The notes beneath the pieces were generated by a model. The model was not told the origin of the DNA. It saw only the letters and a list, made by a program, of their open reading frames with translations, and did not search any database. Positions 53,617-64,000 of a stretch of 64,000 nucleotides of DNA are shown one piece after another. Made by a program: the position numbers and the translations under genes. Position 1 is the stretch's first letter; each line of letters begins with the position of its first letter. Origin of the DNA: an uncultured Methanomicrobiaceae archaeon (lineage in GTDB: Archaea > Halobacteriota > Methanomicrobia > Methanomicrobiales > Methanoculleaceae); assembly GCA_963826525.1 (NCBI GenBank), contig CAWGXH010000003.1, positions 96,001 to 160,000 on the forward strand, given 5' to 3'.

Positions 53617-55756
53617 ATGAACCCGGGCGATGAGGAGCGTTTCCGTATCCGACTTTCGGTCGGAACAAAGATCTTTCTCGTCTTTTTAGGTCTCTCGTCG
53701 GCCGCTCTCCTTCTTGCCGGTCTCCTTGCATTCGTGCAGACGGACGACGTAAGCCGCTTCGCACTCCAGCAGAGCACCGCCCTCGGAGACCGTGCGGTCG
53801 ACAGCACGGCAGCGCTCGAAGACGACGCTGAAGAGTCGCTCCTCATGCTCGCTCAGAATCAAGCCTCTATCAGCAACATCATCTTTGAGCAGGTGAGCGG
53901 CGAGATCGATGTCATGGCGCAGTATGCCGAAGAGATCATGCACGATCCGTCTCGTGTACGGGAACGGCAGTTCTACCCCGAGAGCGCGGAGCCCGATGAC
54001 CGGTACTCGACGTCGCTCCTCTTCCTATCGCCCGGGATAGAGGTCGCCGCCCATGAGGACGAGCGGAATGCGGCGGGCATGATGGACGATATCTTCAGAC
54101 CCATCGCTGCCGCCGATCGGCGCATATCGAGCATCTATGTCGGGACTGATTCCGGGATGTCCATGATATATCCCTGGACGACCGGTCTGAACGCCTCGTT
54201 CGATCCCCGCCTTCGGAGCTGGTTTGTCCAGGCGAAGACGACCGGAGCGAAGAGCTGGTCGGAGCCCTATATCGATCTTCTCGGGCATGGTCTGATGGTG
54301 ACCTGTTCGAAACCGGTCTTCGATACCGGGAAAGGCTGGATCTGGGTCGTCGGCGCGGACGTCACGATCGAGACCATCAACCGGAACATCATCGGCACAC
54401 AGGTGGGTGACCGGGGGTATGCCATGCTGATCGACCAGCACGGCAACGTCATCTGCAGGCCGGGGCTCACCTCGGGAGATATGCGGTGGGACGAGTCGTT
54501 CGTCACCGAGAACCTCCTTGCGAGCAGTAACCCCGATCTCGTCTCGGTCGCAGAGAGGATGACTGCCGGGAAGATGGGCGTTGCCCGGGTCATGCTTGAG
54601 GACGGCGAACGTTTTGTCGCCTATGCCCCGGTGGAGAGCGTGAACTGGAGCGTGGGCGTGGTGATGCCGGTCGACGAGGTCATCGCGCCGATCACGGCGA
54701 CCCGTGAGAGTATCCTGCAGGCGTCGGGAGATACCGCCGCTCATATCAGCGACCAGCAGCAGGCAATGCAGACCATCTTTGTCGGGTTGTTCCTCATCCT
54801 CCTGGCGGCGGTCGGCGTTCTCACCCTCCTTGTCGCCCGGTATTTCACCCGGCCTCTAGAGGAACTGCAGAAGGGTTCGGAAGCCATCGGGCGGGGCGAC
54901 CTCGGATACCGGGTGGAGATAACGACCGGAGACGAGTTTGAGGAGCTCGCCCGGTCGTTCAACGGGATGACGGCCGATCTTCGCGACCATATCGACGAAC
55001 TCCGGCGAACTACGGCGGAGAACGAGCGGATCGTAAAGGAACTCGAGATCGCGAAGGAGATTCAGCAGAGCATCCTCCCTGAGTCCGCGCCGGTGCTTCC
55101 GGGAATCGATCTGGCGGGATTCAACATTCCGGCTCTCGAGGTCGGTGGGGATTTCTACGATTATATCCCCCTCGGCGACGACCGGTGGGGCCTTGCGATC
55201 GCCGATGTCTCCGGAAAGGGTGTCCCTGCCGCCCTCTTCATGGCGCTCTCCCGCACCCTCGTCCGGGCGAGCGCTGCTTCGAAACCCTGACCCGGCCGGG
55301 GCGATCCTCGAAGCGAACCGCTTCATCACCATGGACTCAAAGACCAGCATGTTCGTCACGCTCTTCTACGCTGTCCTGGACGCCCGGGCAAAAAGCCTCA
55401 CCTACGTGAATGCGGGCCATAATCCTCCGCTCCTCTTCAGGCCGGGGACGGACGAGGCGGAGCGCCTCCGGGGCCGAGGGATCGCGCTCGGCATCCTCGA
55501 CGAGATTGAGGTCGAGGTCGTCCAGATCGGGCTTGGACCCGGGGATACGCTGGTGCTCTACACCGATGGCGTGACGGAGGCGACGAACGAGAAGGACGAG
55601 GAGTACGGCCTTGAGAGGCTGGAGGCCTTCGTCTCGGCATTGCCGGAGCTCCCGGCGGAGGCTGTTATCGACGCGATCGTGAAGGATGTGGCAAAGTTCG
55701 CCGGAACTGCTCCCCAGTTCGACGACATCACGCTGATGGTGCTGAAGGTTAAGTGA
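53617..55756 (+). CDS. Cache-HAMP-SpoIIE (PP2C-type) membrane protein phosphatase (frameshift at ~55285)
   Basis: DPRLRSWF, WSEPYID (dCache), HAMP, VGGDFYD, ADVSGKG, NAGH, YTDGVTE, DDIT. Confidence 0.9.
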
Positions 55757-55820
55757 GCGGAGCCGGACGCCTCCGCCGCCGCCGATAGATTTAGGATGCA
55801 GGAAGGGCATCCTTCCTGCC

Positions 55821-57836
55821 ATGGCAGGAGCGAAGCACGAGATGCAACGCCATGAGGCGGGCAGGCAGGAGCCGCCGAAGATGCATCGGCACGGCGGGGA
55901 TCACACCCACGCCCTCGCAGACTTCCGGAAACGCTTCCTCGTCTCGGTAATCCTGACCGTCCCGATCCTCCTTCTCTCGCCGACCATCCAGAGTTTCTTC
56001 GGTTTCTCACTCGTCTTCCCGGGCTCGACCATCGTGCTCTTCCTGCTCGCGACCGCGGTCTACGTCTACGGCGGCTGGCCGTTCCTGACCGGCATAATCG
56101 CCGAGCTCCGGGCACGGTCGCCCGGGATGATGACGCTGATCGCCGTCGCCATCACGGTTGCCTATCTCTACAGCGCCGCGGTCGTCTTCGGGCTGGTCGG
56201 CGGCGAGGGGTTCTTCTGGGAGCTCGCGACGCTGATCGATATCATGCTCCTCGGGCACTGGATCGAGATGCGCTCGGTGCTCGGAGCGTCGCGGGCGCTC
56301 GAGGAACTCGTGCGGATCATGCCCTCGGAGGCGCATCGCGTCACCGACGGCGGTATTGAGGATGTCCCGGTCGATGCACTCGCTCCCGGGGATTTGGTGC
56401 TGACAAAACCCGGCGAGAAGGTCCCGGTCGATGGGGTGGTCGCCGAGGGTGCGACCAGCATGAACGAGGCGATGCTGACAGGTGAGTCAAAGCCGGTTGC
56501 AAAGCGGCAGGGAGACCGGGTTATCGGCGGGGCGATAAACGGCGAGGGTTCGGTCACCGTCAAGGTGGAGAAGACCGGGAAGGAGACGTACCTCGCCCAG
56601 GTGGTCGAACTCGTCAGGCAGGCGCAGGAGAGTAAATCGCGGGCACAGGACCTTGCCGACCGGGCGGCGTTCTTCCTGGTGGTGATTGCACTCTCGGTCG
56701 GCGCCGTCACCTTCGCCGCCTGGCTCGCGGCAGGGGAGGTGCTCGGGTTTGCGGTCGAGCGTGCAGCCACGGTGATGGTGATCACCTGCCCTCACGCCCT
56801 CGGGCTCGCCGTTCCGCTGGTGGTTGCGGTCTCGACGGCGCTTGCAGCCTCGGCAGGTCTCCTGATCCGCGACCGGAGCGCATTCGAGCGTGCCCGGAAC
56901 ATACAGGCGGTCGTCTTCGATAAGACCGGCACCCTGACGGAAGGACGGTTCGGGGTGACGGATATCATCCCGCTCGGCACCTCTGCTGAGAACGAGATCG
57001 TTCGGCTCGCCGCCTCGGTTGAATCCGCCTCCGAGCATCCGATCGCGCTGGGACTGGTGCGGACTGCGAACGAGCGCGGGCTTGACCTCTCTGCGGCCCG
57101 AGATTTCCGTGCGATTCCGGGCAAAGGGGTCGAGGCGGAGATCTCCGGCCGGAAGATTAGCGTGGTCAGCCCCGGGTATCTGCAGGAGCTGGGCATCGCC
57201 ATCGAGGATGAGCGGGTGGCCGCCGTCGAGAGCCAGGGTAAGACCGTCGTCTTTCTCCTGGAGGACAATAAGGCCGCAGGGGCGCTCGCACTCGCCGATA
57301 TCATCAGGCCGGAGTCACGGGAGGCGATCGAGCGGCTCAAAGCGATGGATATCCGGTGCATGATGCTGACCGGCGACAACCGGCATGTGGCGGCGTGGGT
57401 GGCAGCGGAGATTGGCCTCGATGACTATTTCGCCGGTGTTCTCCCGCACGAGAAGGCGGAGAAGATCCGCACGGTGCAGGAGCGTTACCGGGTGGCGATG
57501 GTGGGCGATGGGATCAACGACGCACCGGCGCTGGTGGCCGCGGACGTCGGAGTCGCCATCGGGGCAGGGACCGATGTTGCCGTGGAGAGTGCCGATATCG
57601 TGCTGGTGCGTAGCGACCCGCGTGACGTGGCTGCTATTGTCGATCTTTCGAAGAAGACCTACGCGAAGATGCTCCAGAACCTGCTCTGGGCGACCGGGTA
57701 CAACGCGTTTGCCATCCCCCTCGCAGCGGGAGTCCTCTTCGGCTACGGGGTCGTGCTGACGCCGGCGGCCGGTGCGATACTCATGAGCGCCAGCACCGTC
57801 ATCGTCGCGATCAATGCCCGACTCCTGCGGATGTAG
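55821..57836 (+). CDS. copB: copper-translocating P1B-type ATPase (CopB-like, CPH motif)
   Basis: His-rich N-terminus, TGES, CPHALGL, DKTGT, SEHP, GDGIND, YN, MSAS. Confidence 0.9.
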   Translation: MAGAKHEMQRHEAGRQEPPKMHRHGGDHTHALADFRKRFLVSVILTVPILLLSPTIQSFFGFSLVFPGSTIVLFLLATAVYVYGGWPFLTGIIAELRARSPGMMTLIAVAITVAYLYSAAVVFGLVGGEGFFWELATLIDIMLLGHWIEMRSVLGASRALEELVRIMPSEAHRVTDGGIEDVPVDALAPGDLVLTKPGEKVPVDGVVAEGATSMNEAMLTGESKPVAKRQGDRVIGGAINGEGSVTVKVEKTGKETYLAQVVELVRQAQESKSRAQDLADRAAFFLVVIALSVGAVTFAAWLAAGEVLGFAVERAATVMVITCPHALGLAVPLVVAVSTALAASAGLLIRDRSAFERARNIQAVVFDKTGTLTEGRFGVTDIIPLGTSAENEIVRLAASVESASEHPIALGLVRTANERGLDLSAARDFRAIPGKGVEAEISGRKISVVSPGYLQELGIAIEDERVAAVESQGKTVVFLLEDNKAAGALALADIIRPESREAIERLKAMDIRCMMLTGDNRHVAAWVAAEIGLDDYFAGVLPHEKAEKIRTVQERYRVAMVGDGINDAPALVAADVGVAIGAGTDVAVESADIVLVRSDPRDVAAIVDLSKKTYAKMLQNLLWATGYNAFAIPLAAGVLFGYGVVLTPAAGAILMSASTVIVAINARLLRM

Positions 57837-57911
57837 GGAGTCCTGCCGTGAAGAGCGTGGGTGGGGGAACATTTTTCCCTTCTCTCCGGGTAACCGGGGG
57901 TGGTGATTCCC

Positions 57912-58203
57912 GTGAAGGTAGAACTATTCCACGTTAAAGGGTGTGCCCGGTGTTTTCAGGCTGCGGGCGCGCTCAAAAGCGCCCTCGCGGATATGGGGCT
58001 TTCGTATGACGATACTGGTAGAAGAAAAGCATGTCCGGGAAGGCTCGTTGGCAGTCGATGAGCTCGTGCAGATGAACCTCGTCGCGGTTCCGGTTATCAA
58101 GGCGGGGGGCCGGGTGCTCGTCCAGGACGATGCGATGCGGGCGGGGACTATCCGGCTGTTCCTGGAGCAGCAGATAGAATTGCCTCTGCCGCCCGGTCGG
58201 TGA
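57912..58203 (+). CDS. glutaredoxin/thioredoxin-like small protein (frameshifted)
   Basis: MKVELFHVKGCARC...; second frame ...VAVPVI.. (cis-Pro motif). Confidence 0.6.
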
Positions 58204-58234
58204 GGCCGAGGGGAGAATCTCCTCTTCGGCTACC

Positions 58235-59529
58235 TCACTTCGGTTTGTAGCGCCCCCACTTCTCAAGCGCTTTGCCGAGTTCCGGAGCGCTCTTCGCCTT
58301 CTCTTCGAGGCTCTCCCCCTCTTGCCAGGCCTCGATAGCCTGCATGGTTGCCTCTGCACCTGCCCGCGTGCCTTGCGGGTGGCCGTGAATGCCCCCGCTC
58401 ACGAGCAGGTCCGAGATCGGCACCGTAGATGTCGAGGACGTCCGGCACGAGCCCCGGATGGAGCCCTCCCGACGAGACCGGGAATGCGCTTTTGATCGCT
58501 CCCCAGTCCTGTTCGAGCGCCGCATGGTGCACCGGACTCGTCCGCTTCTCCCGGAGCATATCCGCGAGCAGAGTCGCCTCCGCCTTCGTCCCGACGAGCT
58601 TGCCGACGGCGGTACCGGTATGGATCTGGCTCACCCCGATGAGCCGCATGATCTTCGCCAGGAACTGCATCGATGATCCCATGCTTCGGGTTCCGGTCGA
58701 AGGCCGCGTGCATCGCCCGGTGTGCGTGGATGGCAAGCCCGAGGTCGGAGCAGTAGTCGCGCATGGTCGCCACGGCAGCCGTTCCCGCCACCACGACGTC
58801 GATCATGGCGTAGGTCCAGCCGTGCTCCGCGAGCATATCCGCCCGCTTCTTCATGATCTCGGTCTCCGCGGTGATATTGATGAACGCGGACTTCGCCTCA
58901 CCGGTCTCCTGTTCGGCCTTGTCGCGCTTCTCTGCAAGGAGCCGCACCCGGTCGTCGAACCGATTGAACGGCATCGACGTTAAGTTCTCGTCGTCTTTCA
59001 CGAAGTCGAATCCGCCCATCCAGGTCTCAAACCCGATCTCGGCATGCTCCGCTGCGGTAAACCCAACCTTCGGCTTCGGCACGGCGCCCGTGAGCGGCCA
59101 ATCGTAGACCCCCATCATATCCCGTATGCCGTCCATCCCGAAGTGCGGCCCTTCGAAGTGCCGGAGGTAGTCGGGCGGGAGTGCGGCATCGATCAGCCGC
59201 AGGTTCGCGAGTGCCTTCATGCCGAAGATGTTCCCCGCGATACCGCTCAGGAGCTGCACGACATTCCCCTCCTCCCAGAGGTCGAGAGGATAGGCTATCT
59301 TCACGTAGTTGTCCTCTATCGAAAAGGCCGTGGCCTGAAGCGCTTTCATCCGCGGTGGGAGGGTAAAAAGCGTCGTCCAGGTGCCCGTCGAGCTCTCCGA
59401 GGCTATCCTTCCGATCGCTTCCTCCCTGCCGATGCCTTCTGCAGGTTCGAAGGAGAATAACGCCACAAGTTCGTTTGCAGCGGGGGTATACTCGAGATCC
59501 ACGAATTCGTTGTACCAGTCAATCGCCAT
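58235..59529 (-). CDS. rbcL: form III ribulose-1,5-bisphosphate carboxylase (two frameshifts)
   Basis: ASESSTGTW, GNIFGMK, KPKVG, GGFDFVKDDE, HAHRAMH, HTGT.VGKL, SGGLH, GGIHGHP. Confidence 0.93.
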
Positions 59530-59584
59530 CTCAACACCTGCATGCAGAAATGAGCGCAAAGGTAAAAAAACCTTACATCGGGGT

Positions 59585-61171
59585 TCACGCCATCTCATTT
59601 CGGCGGAGGAACTCCCGGATCAGCCGTGACTCCACCCAGCCCCGGTCGAGTTGTTTGACGATTCCGTTGATCCGGAGCACCTGCCCGCGTATCTTCTCCG
59701 CTGTCTCTGTATCCTCCATAAGATCTGCCCGTGCCAGGATAACCTGCAGGGGATGGCGGACGTGGTCGCCGAGGATTGCGAACTGCTCCATGTTCTGCTC
59801 GATCTGTTCGAATGCCCTGCTTCGCAGGGTTTCGTATGCTTTCCGGTCGGTGATATCCTCGATCATACCGATGACGTAGCGGATCTCACCGCCCGGGTCA
59901 CGGAGCAGAGAGGTTGCCAGGCGTCCCCATACCGTCCGTCCGTCCTTTGCGAGGTAGCGTTTCTCCAGATGGTCGATCTCATGCTCTCCGGCAAGGGTCT
60001 CGCGGAAGTGGGTCAGAGCCTCCGTGAGGTCATCCGGGTGGGTCAGGTCGCCGATGTTCACGCCCTCGAGTTCATCGGCACCATACCCGAGAATCTTCTG
60101 GAATGCCGGGTTCGCCCTGACGATCCGCCCTCCGGTATCGGCGAGCACTATGCTGAATCCTGCCCGCTCGAAGATGCCCCGGAACCGCTCTTCACTGCTT
60201 CGCAGGGCGCGTTCCGCCTCCTTTCGCTCGGTGATATCCTGGACCACCGCCACTGCCCCGATCCTCCGGCCGGCAGAGTCCGTGATCGGAGCGCTGTTGG
60301 CAAGGACCTCGCGCTTCCCGCCGTCCGGCCGGAGTACCGGAAGCTCCATGCCCCGGATCACCTCTCCGTGCCGTACCGAGCGGATGAGCGGGAGATCGGC
60401 GGGGGCGCAGGGGTTTTCGTCGGGGTAGCAGATGTGCAGGTCGGCGTGACTCGCATGCTCCTCCCCGATCCGGATATGCCAGCCGTAGATACTGTCCGCT
60501 ACAGGATTTGCCATCCTGACCCGGCTATCTTCGTCGACGACGACGATCGCCTCAGGGACACTCTCGATGATCGCGCTGAGCCGTGCCCGCTCTTCATCGA
60601 GCTTCCTTATCGTCAGGACATCCTCGGTACAATCCTGCAGGACTGAGATGGTCACAAAGAGCCGGTTGTCGAAGATGAGAGGTGAGGAGGATACGCGCAC
60701 GTGGTATGTCTCCCCCTTCGAGTCTACGATCTCCATCTTCTCGTTCCTGACGATCTCCCCGCGTGCTGCCCGGGTGCTCGGCAGATCCTCAACGGATACC
60801 GCCCTCCCGTCTGGATAGCGAAATGAAACACGCCGGATGAGCATCTCCCTCGAAAGACCGATGATATCCCGGTTCATGCGCTCTTTCGCCGCCCGGTTTG
60901 CCCTGATCACCCGCCCTTCGGCGTCGTAGATGAGCACCCACTGTCCTATCGCCTCGAGAACGGCATCCCGCTCCTCTACCGCCCGTTCTGCCTGTATCAG
61001 AAGCTCTTCGTTTCTGGCTGTCAGTTCGCGGCTATTCCGGGAGACGGTGTCGAGCCCTGCGGAGAGCCGCGAGAGAATTTCACGCTGGCTGGTATCCAGC
61101 GCGCTCCGGAGAAGGTCCCCGACAGCATGCTGTATCTCTTCAATCAGCCGGTCGGAGGTTGGATTTTTCAT
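59585..61171 (-). CDS. triple-PAS sensor ending in a HisKA-like hairpin, no ATPase domain
   Basis: Three PAS/PAC repeats then QIEQNMEQFAILGDHVRHPLQ...GWVESRLIREFLRRNEMA*. Confidence 0.88.
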   Translation of the reverse strand: MKNPTSDRLIEEIQHAVGDLLRSALDTSQREILSRLSAGLDTVSRNSRELTARNEELLIQAERAVEERDAVLEAIGQWVLIYDAEGRVIRANRAAKERMNRDIIGLSREMLIRRVSFRYPDGRAVSVEDLPSTRAARGEIVRNEKMEIVDSKGETYHVRVSSSPLIFDNRLFVTISVLQDCTEDVLTIRKLDEERARLSAIIESVPEAIVVVDEDSRVRMANPVADSIYGWHIRIGEEHASHADLHICYPDENPCAPADLPLIRSVRHGEVIRGMELPVLRPDGGKREVLANSAPITDSAGRRIGAVAVVQDITERKEAERALRSSEERFRGIFERAGFSIVLADTGGRIVRANPAFQKILGYGADELEGVNIGDLTHPDDLTEALTHFRETLAGEHEIDHLEKRYLAKDGRTVWGRLATSLLRDPGGEIRYVIGMIEDITDRKAYETLRSRAFEQIEQNMEQFAILGDHVRHPLQVILARADLMEDTETAEKIRGQVLRINGIVKQLDRGWVESRLIREFLRRNEMA

Positions 61172-61616
61172 CCAGTCCGCCCCCGATCCGGGAGTCTCCC
61201 TATCGCTGCCCCCACCGGCCGATCGGGTCTTCCCTTTCTTCGGGCAGGCGAGCGCAGGATCCGTATCGGCAAGAGAGTGGCTTTGGTCGGGGTTTTTGCC
61301 GGGTATGCCCTTCCCGACGTTGCGGTTCGTAAGGCCGACTCCTGCGGCATCGCGAAACACGGCGACCCCGGAGAGGTTTCACAAAGCCTGCTGAAGGATC
61401 CAACCGGCCGGATGTCATGGTTATGTGTACCGGGAACTGCATAGCGGCTGGAGACGTCGTCGATAGCATAGCGATTTTGGTACATGGCAGTATCGTCCTT
61501 CCGTAGCGAAACTCCGTGACTTTATACTAATCATCTGATAAAAATGCGACGCCAACCCGGCGTGTATGCCGTGCATCCGGGTATTTCCGAAAAGAGGACA
61601 GAGTAGTCCGGCAGCC

Positions 61617-64000
61617 TTACTCCTGCAGGAGTCTGAACATCCCGGGTGGGACGAGTATCTCAAACCGTGCTCCCCGGCCCGGCTCCCCGGTCTCCCGAAT
61701 CCCGATCCCGGTTATCGCCAGAATCTCCCGTATCAGAAATAGGCCGTATCCGGTGTTGCGGCCGAACCCCGGGGCGAATATCCGCTCTTTCAGGTGGTCG
61801 GGCACCCCTTCGCCGTCGTCCTCCCAGAAGATCGTCGCTCCGCCGTCGCCGATACGGTACGAGGTCTGCAGGGTGGTTGCATGCTCGCCGTGCCGGAGCG
61901 TGTTCTCGACCAGATTTTCAAAGACCTTTCGGAGCATTGGATCGGCGTAGACGGTAAGGCCGTCGAGATTATGTCTGCACACGAGGTTCTTCGTCCTGAG
62001 CTGGCCGGCGAGGTGACTGAGATCCTGCCACTCCGGTTTGAAGACGCCGAGGTTCTGGTAATCCCGGGTAAACTCGATCTGCTGCTGTATCGTCGTCACC
62101 GACCGTTCCACGCGTCCGATGCACTCCAGCATCAGTGGATTCGGATCCTTCGATTTTGCGTAATCCAGGTACCGAGAACCACCATGATTTGGTTGATGAT
62201 GTCGTGCCGGGTGACCGTGGAGAGGAGGTTCATCTTTTTGTTCGCCTCAAGGAGCCCTTCCTCCGCCCGTTTCCTATCCGTTACATCGCGAACGGTGGCG
62301 ATGACCCCGCGGATGAGCGGTTCGTCGAGATAGTTCCTCGCCCGTGCCTCAAGGAAAATTTCCCTGCCGTCTCTCCTGATGAAGCGATATTCCACCTGCA
62401 CCTGCCTGTCGGGGGTGGCGAGCATCCTTTGCCAGGCATCCCTGACGGATTCGGCATCTTCCGGGTGGACGGCGTCGAAGATGGATCCCTTCATATCAGC
62501 CGGGAGAAAGCCGGTCGTCTCCTCGACGCTCGGGCTGACGTACCGGAAGGTGCCGTCCGGGTTGATGATAAGATAGATATCGGATGCATTATCGACCATG
62601 AACTGGAACCGTGCTTCACTCTCCCGGACGGTTTTGTCCATCCGGTTTCGGTCGAGAGCGCTCCCGATAATATCGGCAGAGACGCGAAGGAGCAGGTGGT
62701 CGTCTTCTCCGAAGTCGCCGGTCTCGTAGACGTTATCAAACCCGATAAATCCTGCAAGTCGGTTTCGGACGGTGATCGGCAGCACGATGAGCGACTTGAT
62801 ACCCTGGCTCTCCAGTATCTCCCGCTCGCCCCTCGCCTCCTCCGGGAGTGCGGAGACATCCGCGATCCCGATGGCCTCTCCTCCCCTGAGCCGCTCCATC
62901 CACCCGGGAAAGGTCTCCAGCAGGAGATTTTGGAGGTGCTCTTTCCCCGGCGTCACACCGGCGGTGCACCACTCGTGGGTGTTGGCGATCGCCCCTTCTC
63001 TCTCGCGGATGAGGAAGATGTATGCCCTGCTGGCTCCGCTGAACTGTCCGATATCCCGAAGCGAGGCGTCGACCGCCGCATCGAAGTCGGTGACTCCGAC
63101 GAACCGCGAAGACAGCGTCGAGATCGTCCGCTCAAACTCGTACCGTTCCCTGATCGCCTCCCGGTATCGGTTCGCTTCGGTGATATCCCGTCCGACCGAC
63201 TGGTTATCGATTACCTGCCCGAGATCGTTGAAAAACGCTCTATCGACCCATCTGACCCAGCGTTCGGAGCCATCGGGCATGCAGTGCCGGTGATCGAGGG
63301 CAGCAACCGGGCGCTCCGGGGTGAGTGCCGCGAAATGTTCACGGACCCGTCTGACCTCGTCCGCGGGAATAGGAGGGACGAAGCGGCATCCGAGGAGCTC
63401 ATCGCGCTTTTTTCCGAAGTAGCGGCAGTATGCTTCGTTCACGAACGTATGCCCGAAGTCGGGGTCAAACCTGCAGATGAGCTCGGTCTGGTCTTCGACG
63501 ACTCCCCGGTACCGCTGTTCGCTCTCTGCAAGTTCCTGTTGCGCCGCCGCGATCTCATCGACCTGCTGGCGCAGTTCCTCTTCGGCAGCGCTCAGGCGCT
63601 CGTTCGCATCGAGCAGTGCGTTGTTCTTCTCCTGAAGCGCTTCTTCACGGCATTTCAGGTCGCTGATATCGTGGGTGACCGTTGCGAATCTGTCGTCACC
63701 CATCGGGACGGCGGAGATGCTGAAGTGTCTCTTCAGAGGCGGATAGTACGTCTCGAAACGTACGGCATCCCCCGATGCGACGACTCTTTCGTAGGTCTTC
63801 AGGAACGGCGGGGGAACGGAGCCGTACAATCGGGAGGCCGGCGATCCGATCGCCTGCTGAGGAGAAATGCCGGTGATCTCGGTGAACGTCGGATTGCAGT
63901 CGACGATCTCGTAGTCGACGGCGTTTCCGCTCTCATCGCGCACCAGCCGGTGGAAGGCCACCATATCGGACGTCCACCAGTAGACCGACCGAAACCGCTG
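61617..64000 (-). CDS. PAS-PAS-GAF-PAS histidine kinase (partial at window edge; frameshift at ~62160)
   Basis: GAF (NTHEWC, GFIGFD), H-box TRHDIIN, N-box ENTLRHG, DDGEG, GYGLF. Confidence 0.9.

Noticed and set aside
55280-55295. TGA inside the SpoIIE phosphatase as possible selenocysteine/readthrough
   Set aside because: The downstream part is in another frame; removing one A from the AAA run restores the gene.
1-64000. CRISPR array, rRNA, integrase or provirus
   Set aside because: I saw no regularly spaced repeat-spacer array, rRNA signature, integrase or virion gene by eye.

Overview
GC-rich archaeal chromosomal DNA, most likely a Methanomicrobiales methanogen (Methanoculleus/Methanofollis-like). 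The assignment rests on gatE, DUF5350, DUF555, DUF2070, DUF2115, form III RuBisCO and TrmB regulators; all family names here are recognised by eye, not searched. The first ~6 kb is intact housekeeping DNA. The rest is a patchy accessory region of stress/detox enzymes, transporters, five cupins and many sensor proteins. It also holds tRNA-Leu(TAA), IS5-family elements, MITE-like pieces and gene remnants. About 20 genes (including rbcL and msrB) are split by single-base indels, which looks more like uncorrected long-read error than real decay. No CRISPR array, rRNA or intact provirus is visible. Best candidates for undescribed biology: (i) a recurring family of PAS/PocR sensors ending in a HisKA-like hairpin (DHVRHPLQ) with no ATPase domain; (ii) two transporter-less solute-binding proteins translationally coupled to a HAMP histidine kinase; (iii) a stand-alone fragment resembling a CO dehydrogenase (CooS) helical segment; (iv) a 45-aa Lys-rich small protein between inverted IS5 copies; (v) G-string direct repeats just after the tRNA.
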